62,485 nt of DNA from a virus (lineage: Duplodnaviria > Caudoviricetes), in IMG/VR virus record IMGVR_UViG_3300047157_000104, positions 1 through 62,485 of that record, one strand, 5' to 3'. Both the position numbers and the translations under genes were made by a program. Under the pieces are notes generated by a model, which did no database searches, was not told where the DNA came from, and worked only from the letters and a program-made list of their open reading frames with translations. Shown in pieces: positions 25,432 through 36,103 of this stretch (its first letter is position 1; every line of letters starts with the position of its first letter).

Positions 25432-27639
25432 TTATCTTTCTATTATTTTTGAATTTAAGCCTTTATTTTTATACTTGGCTATCGTTAAGTTTAATTTTTT
25501 TCTCTCTGTATTTTGCTTTGGCGAATATAGATGTCTGTTACAAGCCATGATCGCTAAACCAGAACTAATTGCAGCATCAAATTTTGTTCTTCTAGTTATG
25601 TCGAATTTTGCCCAATCATTTAGTGTATCGTTAAAAGGCATTGAACCAAAGTCTTCGTTGCTTTCTCCTACGTGATCATTTATATACATTTCTATAGCTG
25701 CTGCGTGCGCTTGCTTTATGTCTTCACTTGAGTTTGGCATACCACCAATCTCTCTTTCTGTTACAGATAATTTGTTCCACACTTTGTCTGGCCTGTTCAT
25801 AGAAAATCCTCTGTATCCTCTTCTTTTTAAATAGTACAACAATCTTGGTTTATTGTTCTCTGCTAGTATTGGCATGCCGTAAAAAATAAGCGCCATTAAT
25901 ACGTCTTCAAAAAATATTTCAGCAGTTTGAGGTCTAGCTATGTATTCTAAAAAGAACTCATTAGCTGGTGCGTCTTCCATGCTAAACTTTGTAAGCCCAT
26001 GCAAAGATCCTTTAGAACCTCTACCGTCTACAGTACCAGATATGTCATAAGAATCACATCCAAAAGCTCCTATATGCTCGTTGCCAGGATGTTTCGTTCC
26101 ATTTTTTATAATTATTTTGTTTTGTAATGCTAGCGGAGGCACCCAGTTGACTTTAAATCTACCTTTTTGATTAGGTAAAAACATTACCTTAGTATCTTTT
26201 ACTCCATTTAGCCACTGAAAATTACCAACGTTTAAATCAACAGTTTCTTCGTTATAATCTATTTGCTCGTATATCTTAGTTAAATTAAATATACTATTTT
26301 TAGTTTCGTCTCTGAAAGCGTGTTCTTCAGTTCTAGGAAACTGTCTATAAAATTCGTTTAAAGCGTCTTGATCTGACTTTAGACCTTCTGCTTCATTCTG
26401 CCAATGACTAAGTACACCTACATCGATTATATCTCCATGTGGGTCAACAACCTCTCGTTCAGGTGTTTCGAACACAGGTAGTCCATTAGAATCAATGAAT
26501 CCCTCGTAGTTCCATTCCATAGGTATGAACAAAGAATAGAGGCCCGAATTTGTCTGTCCGTTTCTGTTTCGTTTTGTAACATCTGAATCATAGTAGAGTT
26601 TTTTAAATTCGTTACCACCTTTGTCTAAAGCATTACTGGTTGAACCCATCATGCATTTACCGATAACTCTACTACCTAACCTAAGACAAGTCTTTGTAAC
26701 TCGCCAGTTATTAAGTATGTTATTTGGTTTGTCCCATTTACCGCTCTCATCGTGCACTAGTAGTCTTAATTTTTCACCATCATAACTGTTGTCACCAGTG
26801 TTCTTCCAGTCTATGGTTGTATCCAGTCCATCGAGTTCCTCAGGTTTGTCGGTGCTAGTAATGTTCCGTCTTGTAAGTTTAGAAGCGGGGACTCTGTACG
26901 CAAGCTCGGTCTTTGGTCTGTCCATTCCGTCCTGTATTGGTTTAAAAAAGAATGGATAATTAACTGATATTGGTACAACTTTATCTGTGAACATTTTCTT
27001 GGCGTCTGGTCCAGATTTGGACAATATTCCGAATCGTGCATCTGAACTAATAGTTGCTTGATTAACAGTTTCTCCTGACGCCATAAATGAGAATCCTGAT
27101 CTACGATTTTTAAGATAGCACATTCCATAAGACCTTTTGTCTGCTTTGCATGCTTCCCAGAATATGTAGAACAACCTATTGGCTTCCCTAAAGTCTGGGT
27201 TACCAACATCAATTTTTGACCACTGAAGGTACATATAATGAGTACCAGTAATATAAGTAGGTTTACCGTTATTGTAAAACCAAAAACCTTCTTCTCTTTT
27301 CTTAAATTCGCTTTCAATATAATCTATGTATTCGTTTTTAAATTCATTTGGAAGTCCTTTCCAGTCGAATATTGTTTTAACTCTATTAAGTTCCTTAGGA
27401 TAAGGAGTCACCTCCCATTTATCGCTTTTAAACTTATGAGCATTATTTATTGGTGGTAAAGCTATTTTTAAGTTCTGTATTTCGTATATATCACCTATCT
27501 TACCAGTCTTACTTATTACAACAATATCATGTTCTTTGTTGTAGCCATATTCCCAGCGTTTAGCTTTATTTAATCTTTTTATTGAATTAATAGGTACGTG
27601 ATCGTCAACTATTTTATATAAACTCTGCTGGTACATCAC
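25432..27639 (-). CDS. terL: Terminase large subunit
   Basis: Walker A-like LKNRRSGFS, Walker B LLVHDESGKW, nuclease motifs FGCDSYD, LAENN, KFDAAISSG. Confidence 0.9.
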   Translation of the reverse strand: MMYQQSLYKIVDDHVPINSIKRLNKAKRWEYGYNKEHDIVVISKTGKIGDIYEIQNLKIALPPINNAHKFKSDKWEVTPYPKELNRVKTIFDWKGLPNEFKNEYIDYIESEFKKREEGFWFYNNGKPTYITGTHYMYLQWSKIDVGNPDFREANRLFYIFWEACKADKRSYGMCYLKNRRSGFSFMASGETVNQATISSDARFGILSKSGPDAKKMFTDKVVPISVNYPFFFKPIQDGMDRPKTELAYRVPASKLTRRNITSTDKPEELDGLDTTIDWKNTGDNSYDGEKLRLLVHDESGKWDKPNNILNNWRVTKTCLRLGSRVIGKCMMGSTSNALDKGGNEFKKLYYDSDVTKRNRNGQTNSGLYSLFIPMEWNYEGFIDSNGLPVFETPEREVVDPHGDIIDVGVLSHWQNEAEGLKSDQDALNEFYRQFPRTEEHAFRDETKNSIFNLTKIYEQIDYNEETVDLNVGNFQWLNGVKDTKVMFLPNQKGRFKVNWVPPLALQNKIIIKNGTKHPGNEHIGAFGCDSYDISGTVDGRGSKGSLHGLTKFSMEDAPANEFFLEYIARPQTAEIFFEDVLMALIFYGMPILAENNKPRLLYYLKRRGYRGFSMNRPDKVWNKLSVTEREIGGMPNSSEDIKQAHAAAIEMYINDHVGESNEDFGSMPFNDTLNDWAKFDITRRTKFDAAISSGLAIMACNRHLYSPKQNTERKKLNLTIAKYKNKGLNSKIIER

Positions 27640-27911
27640 TTGCTCCTCCTTTCAGCAAAGCCACTAAATGCAGCTTCTTTTTCTTTAACAGGTTTATTTT
27701 CTAGTACAGCTTTTTCATTTTCGATACGTGTAAGTATTTCAAAGGCATCGAATATAGCTAGCTTTTTTGTAGCAGCAGCGTTTTTAAGTCTATCAGCTGA
27801 AACATCATCTTCAGTATTTGTAATGATCTTTTCTTGTGCTACCTTAATTAGCTCTTCGACTGCTTTATACCCAGCTTGGATTATACTCTCTTTCTTCTCC
27901 TTCGTGTTCAT
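27636..27911 (-). CDS. Small helical protein, possible terminase small subunit
   Basis: 91 aa, overlaps the terL start; function inferred from position only. Confidence 0.4.
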   Translation of the reverse strand: MNTKEKKESIIQAGYKAVEELIKVAQEKIITNTEDDVSADRLKNAAATKKLAIFDAFEILTRIENEKAVLENKPVKEKEAAFSGFAERRSK

Positions 27912-28461
27912 ATTTAATTGTAATTACTTTTGTTCTTACTCTATAAACACGCTCGCCATCTATAATAAACTCAAACTCGCTATTAGGTATAAACCCTACT
28001 TTATCTCCTACTTCTATACCTCTACTTCTTAAAATATCATTAGAGTATTTAACTATACCAACTAATGGTTTTTCTTTTTCTAAAGAAAACATATCATCGT
28101 TAGCTATAGGTTTTACAAAGCAATAGTCATCTAGTGATTTCCATTCTTCGTTGTGTTTATATATGTATAACTGATCGTCGCTAACAAAGTATTTGTCTTC
28201 AGTAAAAAAGCTTCTACTGTTCTGTTCTTTGCCCCTGACGTCATGCCATCTTCTAAATACATTATGGTGTATGATAACCTCATCACCAACTTGTATATCA
28301 GTTTTTTTATTCTTTGGCAAACCAACAACTATAGCGTTATTGCTTACGTTCTTATGAGTAAATATCTCAGTGTTTAATATAAGATCTACGTCACCAACCT
28401 TTTTAGTGTTGTCGTATCTTGATCTAATGGGTGACACTATAAAACTATCCCAACCGTGCAT
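27865..28461 (-). CDS. Tandem GroES-like domain protein
   Basis: Two GroES-like patterns: FIVSP...AIVVGLP...IQVGDEVII and CFVKPI...GIVKYS...IEVGDKVGF...IDGERVYRV. Confidence 0.5.
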   Translation of the reverse strand: MHGWDSFIVSPIRSRYDNTKKVGDVDLILNTEIFTHKNVSNNAIVVGLPKNKKTDIQVGDEVIIHHNVFRRWHDVRGKEQNSRSFFTEDKYFVSDDQLYIYKHNEEWKSLDDYCFVKPIANDDMFSLEKEKPLVGIVKYSNDILRSRGIEVGDKVGFIPNSEFEFIIDGERVYRVRTKVITIKYEHEGEEREYNPSWV

Positions 28462-28679
28462 TAATATTCTAAATTATATTCAACTGCAATGGCCATGTTC
28501 TTGTTAAAGTCTTTCCATGGCAAAACCTCATTATTTTTAGTAATGTAAATCCTATACTTTTCATCTTCTTCAAGTATCGAATCTATTATATGTCCTCCGT
28601 AAACCTCTTGGCCTACGGAGTAATGCATTGCTTCGTTTTTATAATCTTTACCTATACTAATCTTTCTTATCAGCTCCAT
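28461..28679 (-). CDS. Hypothetical protein (probable start MELIRKISIG)
   Basis: ORF packed between neighbours; ATG overlaps the previous gene end. Confidence 0.55.
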   Translation of the reverse strand: MELIRKISIGKDYKNEAMHYSVGQEVYGGHIIDSILEEDEKYRIYITKNNEVLPWKDFNKNMAIAVEYNLEY

Positions 28680-28905
28680 CTTCTTCTTGCTTGATTGTTC
28701 CGTCATGTACGTTAATAGTAACCTTGCCGTATTCTTCTTCAAGCTCTTTTTGAAAAACTTCTAAGTCTTTTCTAAAAGCAGGGATAGCTGCTATTAAGTC
28801 AAATTTTCTAGATTCAACTTGGCCAAGCTCCATTTGCGTTTGGCTAATTTGATTTACTAAAGCTTGTAGCTTTGTTAATTGTTCGTCTTTAATTTTTAAG
28901 TCCAT
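28657..28905 (-). CDS. Small coiled-coil hypothetical protein
   Basis: 82-aa ORF with A/T-rich leader. Confidence 0.6.
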   Translation of the reverse strand: MDLKIKDEQLTKLQALVNQISQTQMELGQVESRKFDLIAAIPAFRKDLEVFQKELEEEYGKVTINVHDGTIKQEEDGADKKD

Positions 28906-28965
28906 AATAAAATTTAATTTGTTTACTTCTGTATTATTACGCTATTTTCACGTTTTTTACTAATA

Positions 28966-29286
28966 TTAGTCTTCTATTGTCATAGTTACAGACGTAGGGT
29001 TTTCTTTTTCTGCGATATTTGCAGCTAAACCAGCTTCTATAGCATCTACTTCATCTTCACCCATAGCTTCTTTAACCCATCCAACTACTGTTGCGTTTGT
29101 TAAATTGTCAAAGTCTACAAAGTCTACATCTTCGTCTACTTCTACTTGCTTAGTACCTATAGATGTTGTACTAATGTCACCTTTTGAAGCCTCAACTATC
29201 CAATGCACATTGTACACTACGTTGCTTAAGTCTCCTTCTGTAGGTTTTACGTCTACTGTTTTACAGTTCCAATTGTAATTAATCAT
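28966..29286 (-). CDS. Tail-fibre-associated small protein (possible chaperone)
   Basis: Acidic 106-aa protein (VVYNVHW...FDNLT...VVGWVK) after the tail fibre gene. Confidence 0.5.
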   Translation of the reverse strand: MINYNWNCKTVDVKPTEGDLSNVVYNVHWIVEASKGDISTTSIGTKQVEVDEDVDFVDFDNLTNATVVGWVKEAMGEDEVDAIEAGLAANIAEKENPTSVTMTIED

Positions 29287-29400
29287 TTTTTTTGTTTTTA
29301 TTTGTTAATTTTTTAGCTTTGCTAAGTTGTTCCAAAGTTATAGGTATTAGTTTTTTACCTTGATCTTCTATTTTTTTCTTTAATTCAGATGTTAGCTTTA

Positions 29401-32400
29401 TCATGCCTCGTATGCTGGTATCACGTAGTCTGTTCCACTTATATTAACTACTAACCACTCATCAGGTTCTGATAAATATATACTTGTATTTCCACCTGAC
29501 ATGGATATAGCTTCAGAAGGACTTTGAAAAGGCTGAGGTCCAGGTGAATTACCTCCACCTGAATCTATTCTAGGGGCTGCTGTAACGTGAAGTCCTGATG
29601 ATTTAACTGTTCCGTTAACTTCAAGCTTTTGACCTGGACTAGTAGTTCCTATACCAATGTTACCCGAGGAGTTTGCGCGTAAAGCTTCTGATCCATTTCC
29701 AGACTGCAAAACTAGTTGACCTGAACCAGTAGTAGTACCTATCTTCATTAAAGCGCCAGAGGCGTTAAACGATATTTCACTACCTGTTGCGTCATCCGGT
29801 GAAGCAAATATAACTCTACCAGTATTAGCCGCCGCGGTTGCAATAGTTATCCCACCGTTAGCGTTAGATTCTACAATTAGATCGTCAGCAGTTGTTTCGT
29901 ATGTAAAACTACCTGCAAAAGCAGACCTAACGTGCAGCTTAGCTGAAGGACTAGTAGTTCCAATACCAACGTTGCCGGAGAAGCTTGAGGTTCCGCCACC
30001 TGACTGGGTTAACGTATCATCTATTGTAACAGCTCCGTTAAAATAAGCTGTTAGCTGATTGTAAAACGCAAATGATGGGTGAGCCGCAGAAGACCCTACC
30101 GCTAGCTTACCTGTAATATTAGAGTCACCTGAAACTGTTAACTTCTCTGCGGGACTAGTCGTACCAATCCCTACGTTGCCAGAAGTGTCTACTAATAATC
30201 TTGTACTAGAGCCGCTGAATGATGTTCCATAACCTAGCGACCAGTTCGCGGATTGGTTTAAGCCTTCCCACCAATAATTAGAACCTGTTGAAAAGTTGTT
30301 ATATTTAACAGCAACTTCTTCTGGGGTGTCTGTACTGGTTGACTCTAAAGTAAGGTAAATATCTGAAGCATCAGCTAAGTGCAGTTTTGTAGCCGGTGAA
30401 GGTGTTCCAATACCTACTTTACCTGAACTATCTATTGTCATTGCAACAACTCCTGTCGTACCGTCGCCTCCTGCTTCAAAAGTCATTGCTCTACCTTCTG
30501 TTCCGTAAATAGCACCTAATAAGCTTTGATTTACATTTTTAAATGTAAGTGCAGGTCTTGAAGCACCAGCACCTTTTAATGTCAACCCTGTGTAGTTAGT
30601 AAGCCCTGCAACTTCTAATTTATCACCTGGACTAGTTGTTCCGATCCCGACGTTGCCTGCAAAAGTTGCTCCGCCTGTAACACTGACTCCTGTGCTTGTA
30701 GTTTCAAGTTTTTTAGCGTTGTTGTGGTATAACTCAACCCCTCCATCTCCTCTTGCTATAATAGCGTCTTCACCACCTTGTGTATATATAAACACGTCAT
30801 CAGCAGCTTGTAAAACTAAATCATCTACAGGCGCTACAACATAACCATCTGTTCCGTTTGAATATAATTTTAAATCAGTTCCTGCTCCTAATCTTATTTC
30901 TTTACCATCTGCTAAAGCTACATTACCTGCAAAAGTTGCATTACCATTACCTGAAAAAGTTGTAGAAGACCCACCTGCGCTTAGTGTTATAGTATCATCT
31001 GAAAAATTCAAAAAAGTATCACTATCTCCAGTATGCTCTAACTTTGAAGGTATATAAACATCCCCTGCAAAAGTTGCGTTTCCAGCAGTATTTATATTTA
31101 ATACTTCTGTTCCTGTAATTGAATCATTTAATATTCTTACAGAAAATTCAGGATTATTGTTGGAACTTGTATCGCCAGTTCCTGCTCTTCGACCACCAAT
31201 AGCAACCCCAAAATTATTAGCAGTGCTAGTTCCAAAAATCATATTAGTATATCCACCTGAATTCGTAGTTGCTGATGGGTGTAACCTTAAGAAAGAATCT
31301 CTATCAAATTGAGTTGTATTTTGTGCTTTTTCAATTTTACTTGTATTACCTACGTTGATACTACCTGCAAAAGTTGCAGAACCTACATTTGCTAAATTAT
31401 ATACAACCTCACTACCGCTTGTATCTCTATCAGCTAAAGTTATGTAAGCAGTTTGCGCTTTGTTTAGTATGTTTAAATCACTTTGTAATTGTATAAGAGG
31501 AGTAGTTACAGATGATGCACTTAAACCAGCTAAAGTTGTTGATCCTGTAACACCAAGTGTACCTGCAACCTCTAGCTTCTGACTTGGACTAGTAGTACCA
31601 ATACCTACATTGCCTGGATTTGAGAAGTAAGCGTGAGTACTAGAGCCTTCTAAGGTTAAGTATGCGGTAGTGCCTCCAGATCCGTCATCTGTGTGAAATT
31701 GAAAGTTTTTATCGTTTGCTCTATTATAAAAAATCGCATGACCAGTGTCGTTAAAAAACGAAAACTGAGCGCCTGTGTGTTTTATAAAAGAGTCACCATC
31801 AGTTCCCATTACAAAACCTTTATTGTCGATCATTCTGATGTCGCGACTGGCTATTGTAATTCCCTCACCACCATCTAATCTAAAATATTCTGTGACGCCC
31901 CCTGAACCGTTATCAGATTGAAAAATTATATCTTGGTCATCTGCATTATTTTTAATATATAAAGGACCTGTATTGTTTTCAATAAATATTGTCTGTGTTT
32001 GGCCACCATCTAATCTAAAATATTCAGTTACACCACCAGATCCATCATCATTTCTAAAGTAAATATCTCCATCATCTACATACTGTGTAAAGTAAAGATT
32101 ACCTCCATTATTTTCTATATTATTATTACCTGTAGTTCCATTGTGGTATATCTGAAGGTCAGAACTTGCACCTAATCTAATTTCTTTACTGTCTGCTAAA
32201 GCTATGTGACCTGCAAAAGTTGCATTACCAGATGTGTGGTCAAGTGTAACAGCATCTACAACACCCTCTTGTGTAATAAAGAATTTACCATTTGATGCTG
32301 AACTAAACCTCCAAGTTTTACCAGTTGTAGATGTTGTATTAGCGAGATATAACAAAGGGCCAGCGCTTGATAACGTAACGCTACCTGCAAAAGTTGCGTT

Positions 32401-33684
32401 ACTACCAGACGTAGTCATTAGATTAGCGCTGTTTTGCCGTAATATTAAATTGCCAGAAGCGTCACTACCAACACCAGCACCTGTTCCGGCTACGTAATAA
32501 TATTTCTCAGCACTAATAAGAGTGTGACCGTCTACATGAAGTTTCTGACTTGGACTAGTAGTACCTATACCAAGACCGGTAGAAGTCATTCTCATTATCT
32601 CTGTAGAAGCAGACAGGAAAGATATTTGACCCCCCGTAGTATAACCTCCTTTTAAAGACATTCTATTGCTTAATGCTTGAATGTTAGCAGTACTATTAGT
32701 ACCGTATGCTAAATTTAAATTTCCTACAGGGAAAGACTCTGAGTTGCTATTGTATATTTTTGCATACGTTATAGGCTGTGAAGTCTCTAAGTATACTCCA
32801 TCAGAAGTAGTGCTTGTTCTTACTGTTAGCTTTTTACTAGGACTTGTTGTACCTATACCGACGTTGCCGTTATCGTGGATACGCATTACCTCAGCGTAAG
32901 ACCCACCACCGATAAACTTTAACGCTCCTGAGTAACTACCACCAATATTTAGATCATTAGAAGAATCTAATTCTATAATAGTTCTTTGAGTTCCTCCTGA
33001 GTCTTTTTGTCTTATTTCATTATTGTTTTCTAATAATAAATTTCCGCTTATATGTAGCTTTTGAGCAGGACTAGTGGTTCCTATACCTACGTTGCCTGCA
33101 CCTGTGATTCTAAGTGCTTCTAACGGGGTTCCCGCAGTTTTAGCTCTGAATATAGTATCTCCTTGATCTGAGTTATACCTATTGTCAATGTAAGAATCTC
33201 CTGTTGAAGCATTATGCCATAAATCTAATCCCGAAGAATTATCTGAACTTCTAAGTAAAACAGCAGTATCACCTGTACTTCCACTTACACCTGTTAATTG
33301 TAAAGTCTTAGTAGCAGTTTCCGAGTCCGTTGGCAAAGTAGATCCAGGACTAGTGGTTCCAATACCGACATTGCCATCATGAGAGATACGCATCTTTTCT
33401 GTAGTACCACCTACATTAGTAGAAAAAGTTATAGGTTTTGAACCACCAGTAGCTTGAAGTTGTAAACCTAGTGTCGAGGTACTAACTACTTTTCCTTCAT
33501 TACCTACAGAAAATAAGTTTCCAAAAAAGTCATTTCCTTTTACAGCTCCACTAACATGAAGCTTGTAGCTTGGACTAGCAGTGCCAATACCAACGTTAGC
33601 GTTGGCTATAAGATTACCTTCTATTGTTACGCCTGACGAAGTATCGTCGAAATCTACCGGTGAGTAAAATTTAATATCTCCCAT
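29401..33684 (-). CDS. Long tail fibre with GNVGIGTTSP and ATFAG repeats
   Basis: About 10 (V)GIGT(T)SP repeats in 1427 aa, typical of Bacteroidetes phage fibres. Confidence 0.85.
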   Translation of the reverse strand: MGDIKFYSPVDFDDTSSGVTIEGNLIANANVGIGTASPSYKLHVSGAVKGNDFFGNLFSVGNEGKVVSTSTLGLQLQATGGSKPITFSTNVGGTTEKMRISHDGNVGIGTTSPGSTLPTDSETATKTLQLTGVSGSTGDTAVLLRSSDNSSGLDLWHNASTGDSYIDNRYNSDQGDTIFRAKTAGTPLEALRITGAGNVGIGTTSPAQKLHISGNLLLENNNEIRQKDSGGTQRTIIELDSSNDLNIGGSYSGALKFIGGGSYAEVMRIHDNGNVGIGTTSPSKKLTVRTSTTSDGVYLETSQPITYAKIYNSNSESFPVGNLNLAYGTNSTANIQALSNRMSLKGGYTTGGQISFLSASTEIMRMTSTGLGIGTTSPSQKLHVDGHTLISAEKYYYVAGTGAGVGSDASGNLILRQNSANLMTTSGSNATFAGSVTLSSAGPLLYLANTTSTTGKTWRFSSASNGKFFITQEGVVDAVTLDHTSGNATFAGHIALADSKEIRLGASSDLQIYHNGTTGNNNIENNGGNLYFTQYVDDGDIYFRNDDGSGGVTEYFRLDGGQTQTIFIENNTGPLYIKNNADDQDIIFQSDNGSGGVTEYFRLDGGEGITIASRDIRMIDNKGFVMGTDGDSFIKHTGAQFSFFNDTGHAIFYNRANDKNFQFHTDDGSGGTTAYLTLEGSSTHAYFSNPGNVGIGTTSPSQKLEVAGTLGVTGSTTLAGLSASSVTTPLIQLQSDLNILNKAQTAYITLADRDTSGSEVVYNLANVGSATFAGSINVGNTSKIEKAQNTTQFDRDSFLRLHPSATTNSGGYTNMIFGTSTANNFGVAIGGRRAGTGDTSSNNNPEFSVRILNDSITGTEVLNINTAGNATFAGDVYIPSKLEHTGDSDTFLNFSDDTITLSAGGSSTTFSGNGNATFAGNVALADGKEIRLGAGTDLKLYSNGTDGYVVAPVDDLVLQAADDVFIYTQGGEDAIIARGDGGVELYHNNAKKLETTSTGVSVTGGATFAGNVGIGTTSPGDKLEVAGLTNYTGLTLKGAGASRPALTFKNVNQSLLGAIYGTEGRAMTFEAGGDGTTGVVAMTIDSSGKVGIGTPSPATKLHLADASDIYLTLESTSTDTPEEVAVKYNNFSTGSNYWWEGLNQSANWSLGYGTSFSGSSTRLLVDTSGNVGIGTTSPAEKLTVSGDSNITGKLAVGSSAAHPSFAFYNQLTAYFNGAVTIDDTLTQSGGGTSSFSGNVGIGTTSPSAKLHVRSAFAGSFTYETTADDLIVESNANGGITIATAAANTGRVIFASPDDATGSEISFNASGALMKIGTTTGSGQLVLQSGNGSEALRANSSGNIGIGTTSPGQKLEVNGTVKSSGLHVTAAPRIDSGGGNSPGPQPFQSPSEAISMSGGNTSIYLSEPDEWLVVNISGTDYVIPAYEA

Positions 33685-33700
33685 TAATTGTATTTAATTG

Positions 33701-34921
33701 TTATGCGTACGCTACCGTACCAGCTGAAGCTCCTTTAACTGAAGTAATAATAACATCAACATCGTTGCTTGGAACAACACCGAAAGATATTTTTACTTTG
33801 CTAGTAGAAGCAGAGTCAGCCTTATCTGTTCTAGCTACATCAGCATAAACTGTTTGTTTTGTTGTTGCATCAAATAACTGAACTAATACATCTTCTGTAC
33901 CTAAGCCGTGAGTTATCTCAGCATATTTATTTGAAATAAAGTTTGATTGGCTTACGTCTATCTGAGCAGTTACAGATTTAGCAGCAAGAGTATCAGGTGT
34001 AACAGCTCTAGCAGCATCAGTACCAGTTTGTACTTCAGCGCTTGTAGCTATTTCTATAATACCTTTTGTAGTGGTACTAGCATCAGGCTCATCACCAGTG
34101 TTAGATCCACTTAATGTTGTAATACCATCTAGCAAGTTTAATTCAGCTGGAGTAGCTGTTATCGTTGCAGTAGGCACCGCTGCAAATACAGCTACGTGTC
34201 CTGTTAAGTCTGCTAAAGTTACAGTTCTATCACCTGTTAAAGATCCAGCTAGTAATGTTAATTCGTTAGCGTCAGCTACAGATCCTTCAAATACTATACC
34301 ATTAGATGTAGATATAGTTTCTACGTTATTAGTAGTTATTGTTCCTGTAACTTGAAGATCACCAGGTATTACTATGCTAGTACTAGAAGCACCAATTGTT
34401 AAAGTATTAGCTCCAATGCCATCAAGTATCGTTTTATCACCTGATGTTAAATCTATATCTGTTAAACCGGTTAGACTGGTATCTGTACCGCCTAAAGCTA
34501 TAGTACTATTACCAATAGTAATACTAGAGTTGGCAAGTTTGCCGTTGGCAATTGATCCAGCGAGTTGATCGTTACTTACGCCACCCGTCTTAATGCTTAC
34601 AGCTCCTGAGCTTACAGCAAAATCAGCAGTAGCAAACGACGCAATACCTTTGTTTGACGTAGTAGCGTCTTCACCTGATATAGTTATAGTATCGCCAGAC
34701 GTACCAACATCTATACCTTCACCAGCTGCAAAGCTTTGTGCCTCTCCGATAGCAACCCATGCTGAGCCATTATATAAGTATATTTTTTTGTCTCCAACTG
34801 TAGAGTCATAATATATCTGACCTTCTACCGGTGAAGATGGTGCAGAGCCTAAAGGATGCACTACTGCGTTTTGTAGTTCGTTCTTGTTGAGATCAATACT
34901 AGCGTAATATTCTAATGCCAT
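33701..34921 (-). CDS. Tail fibre/collar-like structural protein
   Basis: IDLNKNELQNA, EGQIYYDS, DATTSNKGIASF, ASTTTKGIIEIAT...AVTP, ITHGLGT. Confidence 0.65.
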   Translation of the reverse strand: MALEYYASIDLNKNELQNAVVHPLGSAPSSPVEGQIYYDSTVGDKKIYLYNGSAWVAIGEAQSFAAGEGIDVGTSGDTITISGEDATTSNKGIASFATADFAVSSGAVSIKTGGVSNDQLAGSIANGKLANSSITIGNSTIALGGTDTSLTGLTDIDLTSGDKTILDGIGANTLTIGASSTSIVIPGDLQVTGTITTNNVETISTSNGIVFEGSVADANELTLLAGSLTGDRTVTLADLTGHVAVFAAVPTATITATPAELNLLDGITTLSGSNTGDEPDASTTTKGIIEIATSAEVQTGTDAARAVTPDTLAAKSVTAQIDVSQSNFISNKYAEITHGLGTEDVLVQLFDATTKQTVYADVARTDKADSASTSKVKISFGVVPSNDVDVIITSVKGASAGTVAYA

Positions 34922-34936
34922 AATTTTTTTTTATTT

Positions 34937-35644
34937 TTAGTTTACATATGCAGTTCCGCTAAATGAAGCGGAAAAAGTTATTGTCAGTTGGTTTTTGCTA
35001 TTGAACACTATAGAGCCAATAGCTTGACTACCTGCTGAGTCAAAAGCCGTTACATTTGGGTATTTGTTTAAGTTATGATTTATAACCCAAGTAGAACTTG
35101 CTGAAGTTTGGTTGTGCCTGTGATCTTTGTCTTGGGCACCAGAATATAATAATATTGAATAAAATTCGTTTGCTTGTAAGCTGCCGTTACCATTTTTATA
35201 TGTTAACGTTAAGTCGTAAAAGTTTGTTTCTGAAGAATCCTGCGTGACAGCAGTACAAGTGTATACGCCAAAATGGTTATGGTTATCATTACGCGCTATT
35301 ATAATGCCTTTATCTAAAAAGCTCTCAATTACTGAAACTATTTCAGAAGTATTACCATATGGAAACTTACTAACCTTAACCGTAGTTATAGCGCTAAAGC
35401 TAGTTGACGCATTGCTTGTGTTTGTAGTTAATGATCCTGATTGCCTAGAAGAGTTGCCTCCAAAACTATTGTTATGATATACATAAGGAATTTGACCTAC
35501 TATACCTGTAGCGTTTGTATTAGCTTGAAACGTACTTATGTCCTCTATACTAAAGTTTCTTGTAGCTCCACCTGCGTTAGAGCCCAGCAATTTATCATCT
35601 TTCTGTACAGTAGTATCTGTAGAGTACGTATTTATTCTAGCCAT
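34937..35644 (-). CDS. Structural protein (tail fibre related)
   Basis: C-terminal ASSTWVINHNLNKYPNV...TITFSASFSGTAYVN domain. Confidence 0.55.
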   Translation of the reverse strand: MARINTYSTDTTVQKDDKLLGSNAGGATRNFSIEDISTFQANTNATGIVGQIPYVYHNNSFGGNSSRQSGSLTTNTSNASTSFSAITTVKVSKFPYGNTSEIVSVIESFLDKGIIIARNDNHNHFGVYTCTAVTQDSSETNFYDLTLTYKNGNGSLQANEFYSILLYSGAQDKDHRHNQTSASSTWVINHNLNKYPNVTAFDSAGSQAIGSIVFNSKNQLTITFSASFSGTAYVN

Positions 35645-36101
35645 TCTTACTTATTGATTTATATTTTTCTGCTCCTCTAGAACCGAAGTAAGCAACATAC
35701 ACGGTTATAAGAAGAGACTTTAAAAGATCAACCCAGCCTTTATCCACTGAGAAGTTTATTTCAAAGCTGTCTAGAAGTATTAATATTATCATAGATATAG
35801 TTAAGAATATTAAAGTCATCGGCCTAGTGTTCTTAGACAACCACGAATCTGATTGCATATCACTAACCCAACGCTTAGATACTTCTTGCATTTCCACCAT
35901 ATCTTGTTCTAGTAGCTTTAGCGCAGTCTCTTTATCTTGAGGTGGTAAAACTACCGGATCTTCTTTTTCTATTAGCTTTTTAACTAAACCTAGTACACCA
36001 GCATCAGGTAGCACGTCGCCCACTGCTTCTACTATACTAGGTCCTTTTTGAGATAGAAACTTACCGACCTTAGTGTCTTTAAATTTCTTTTTATTACTCA
36101 T
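35637..36101 (-). CDS. Holin-like membrane protein
   Basis: DSWLSKNTRP followed by two hydrophobic helices and YFGSRG. Confidence 0.7.
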   Translation of the reverse strand: MSNKKKFKDTKVGKFLSQKGPSIVEAVGDVLPDAGVLGLVKKLIEKEDPVVLPPQDKETALKLLEQDMVEMQEVSKRWVSDMQSDSWLSKNTRPMTLIFLTISMIILILLDSFEINFSVDKGWVDLLKSLLITVYVAYFGSRGAEKYKSISKNG

Positions 36102-36103
36102 AG

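Noticed and set aside
29401-33684. Tail fibre as a diversity-generating retroelement target
   Set aside because: No reverse transcriptase and no template/variable repeat pair with adenine-specific mismatches were seen
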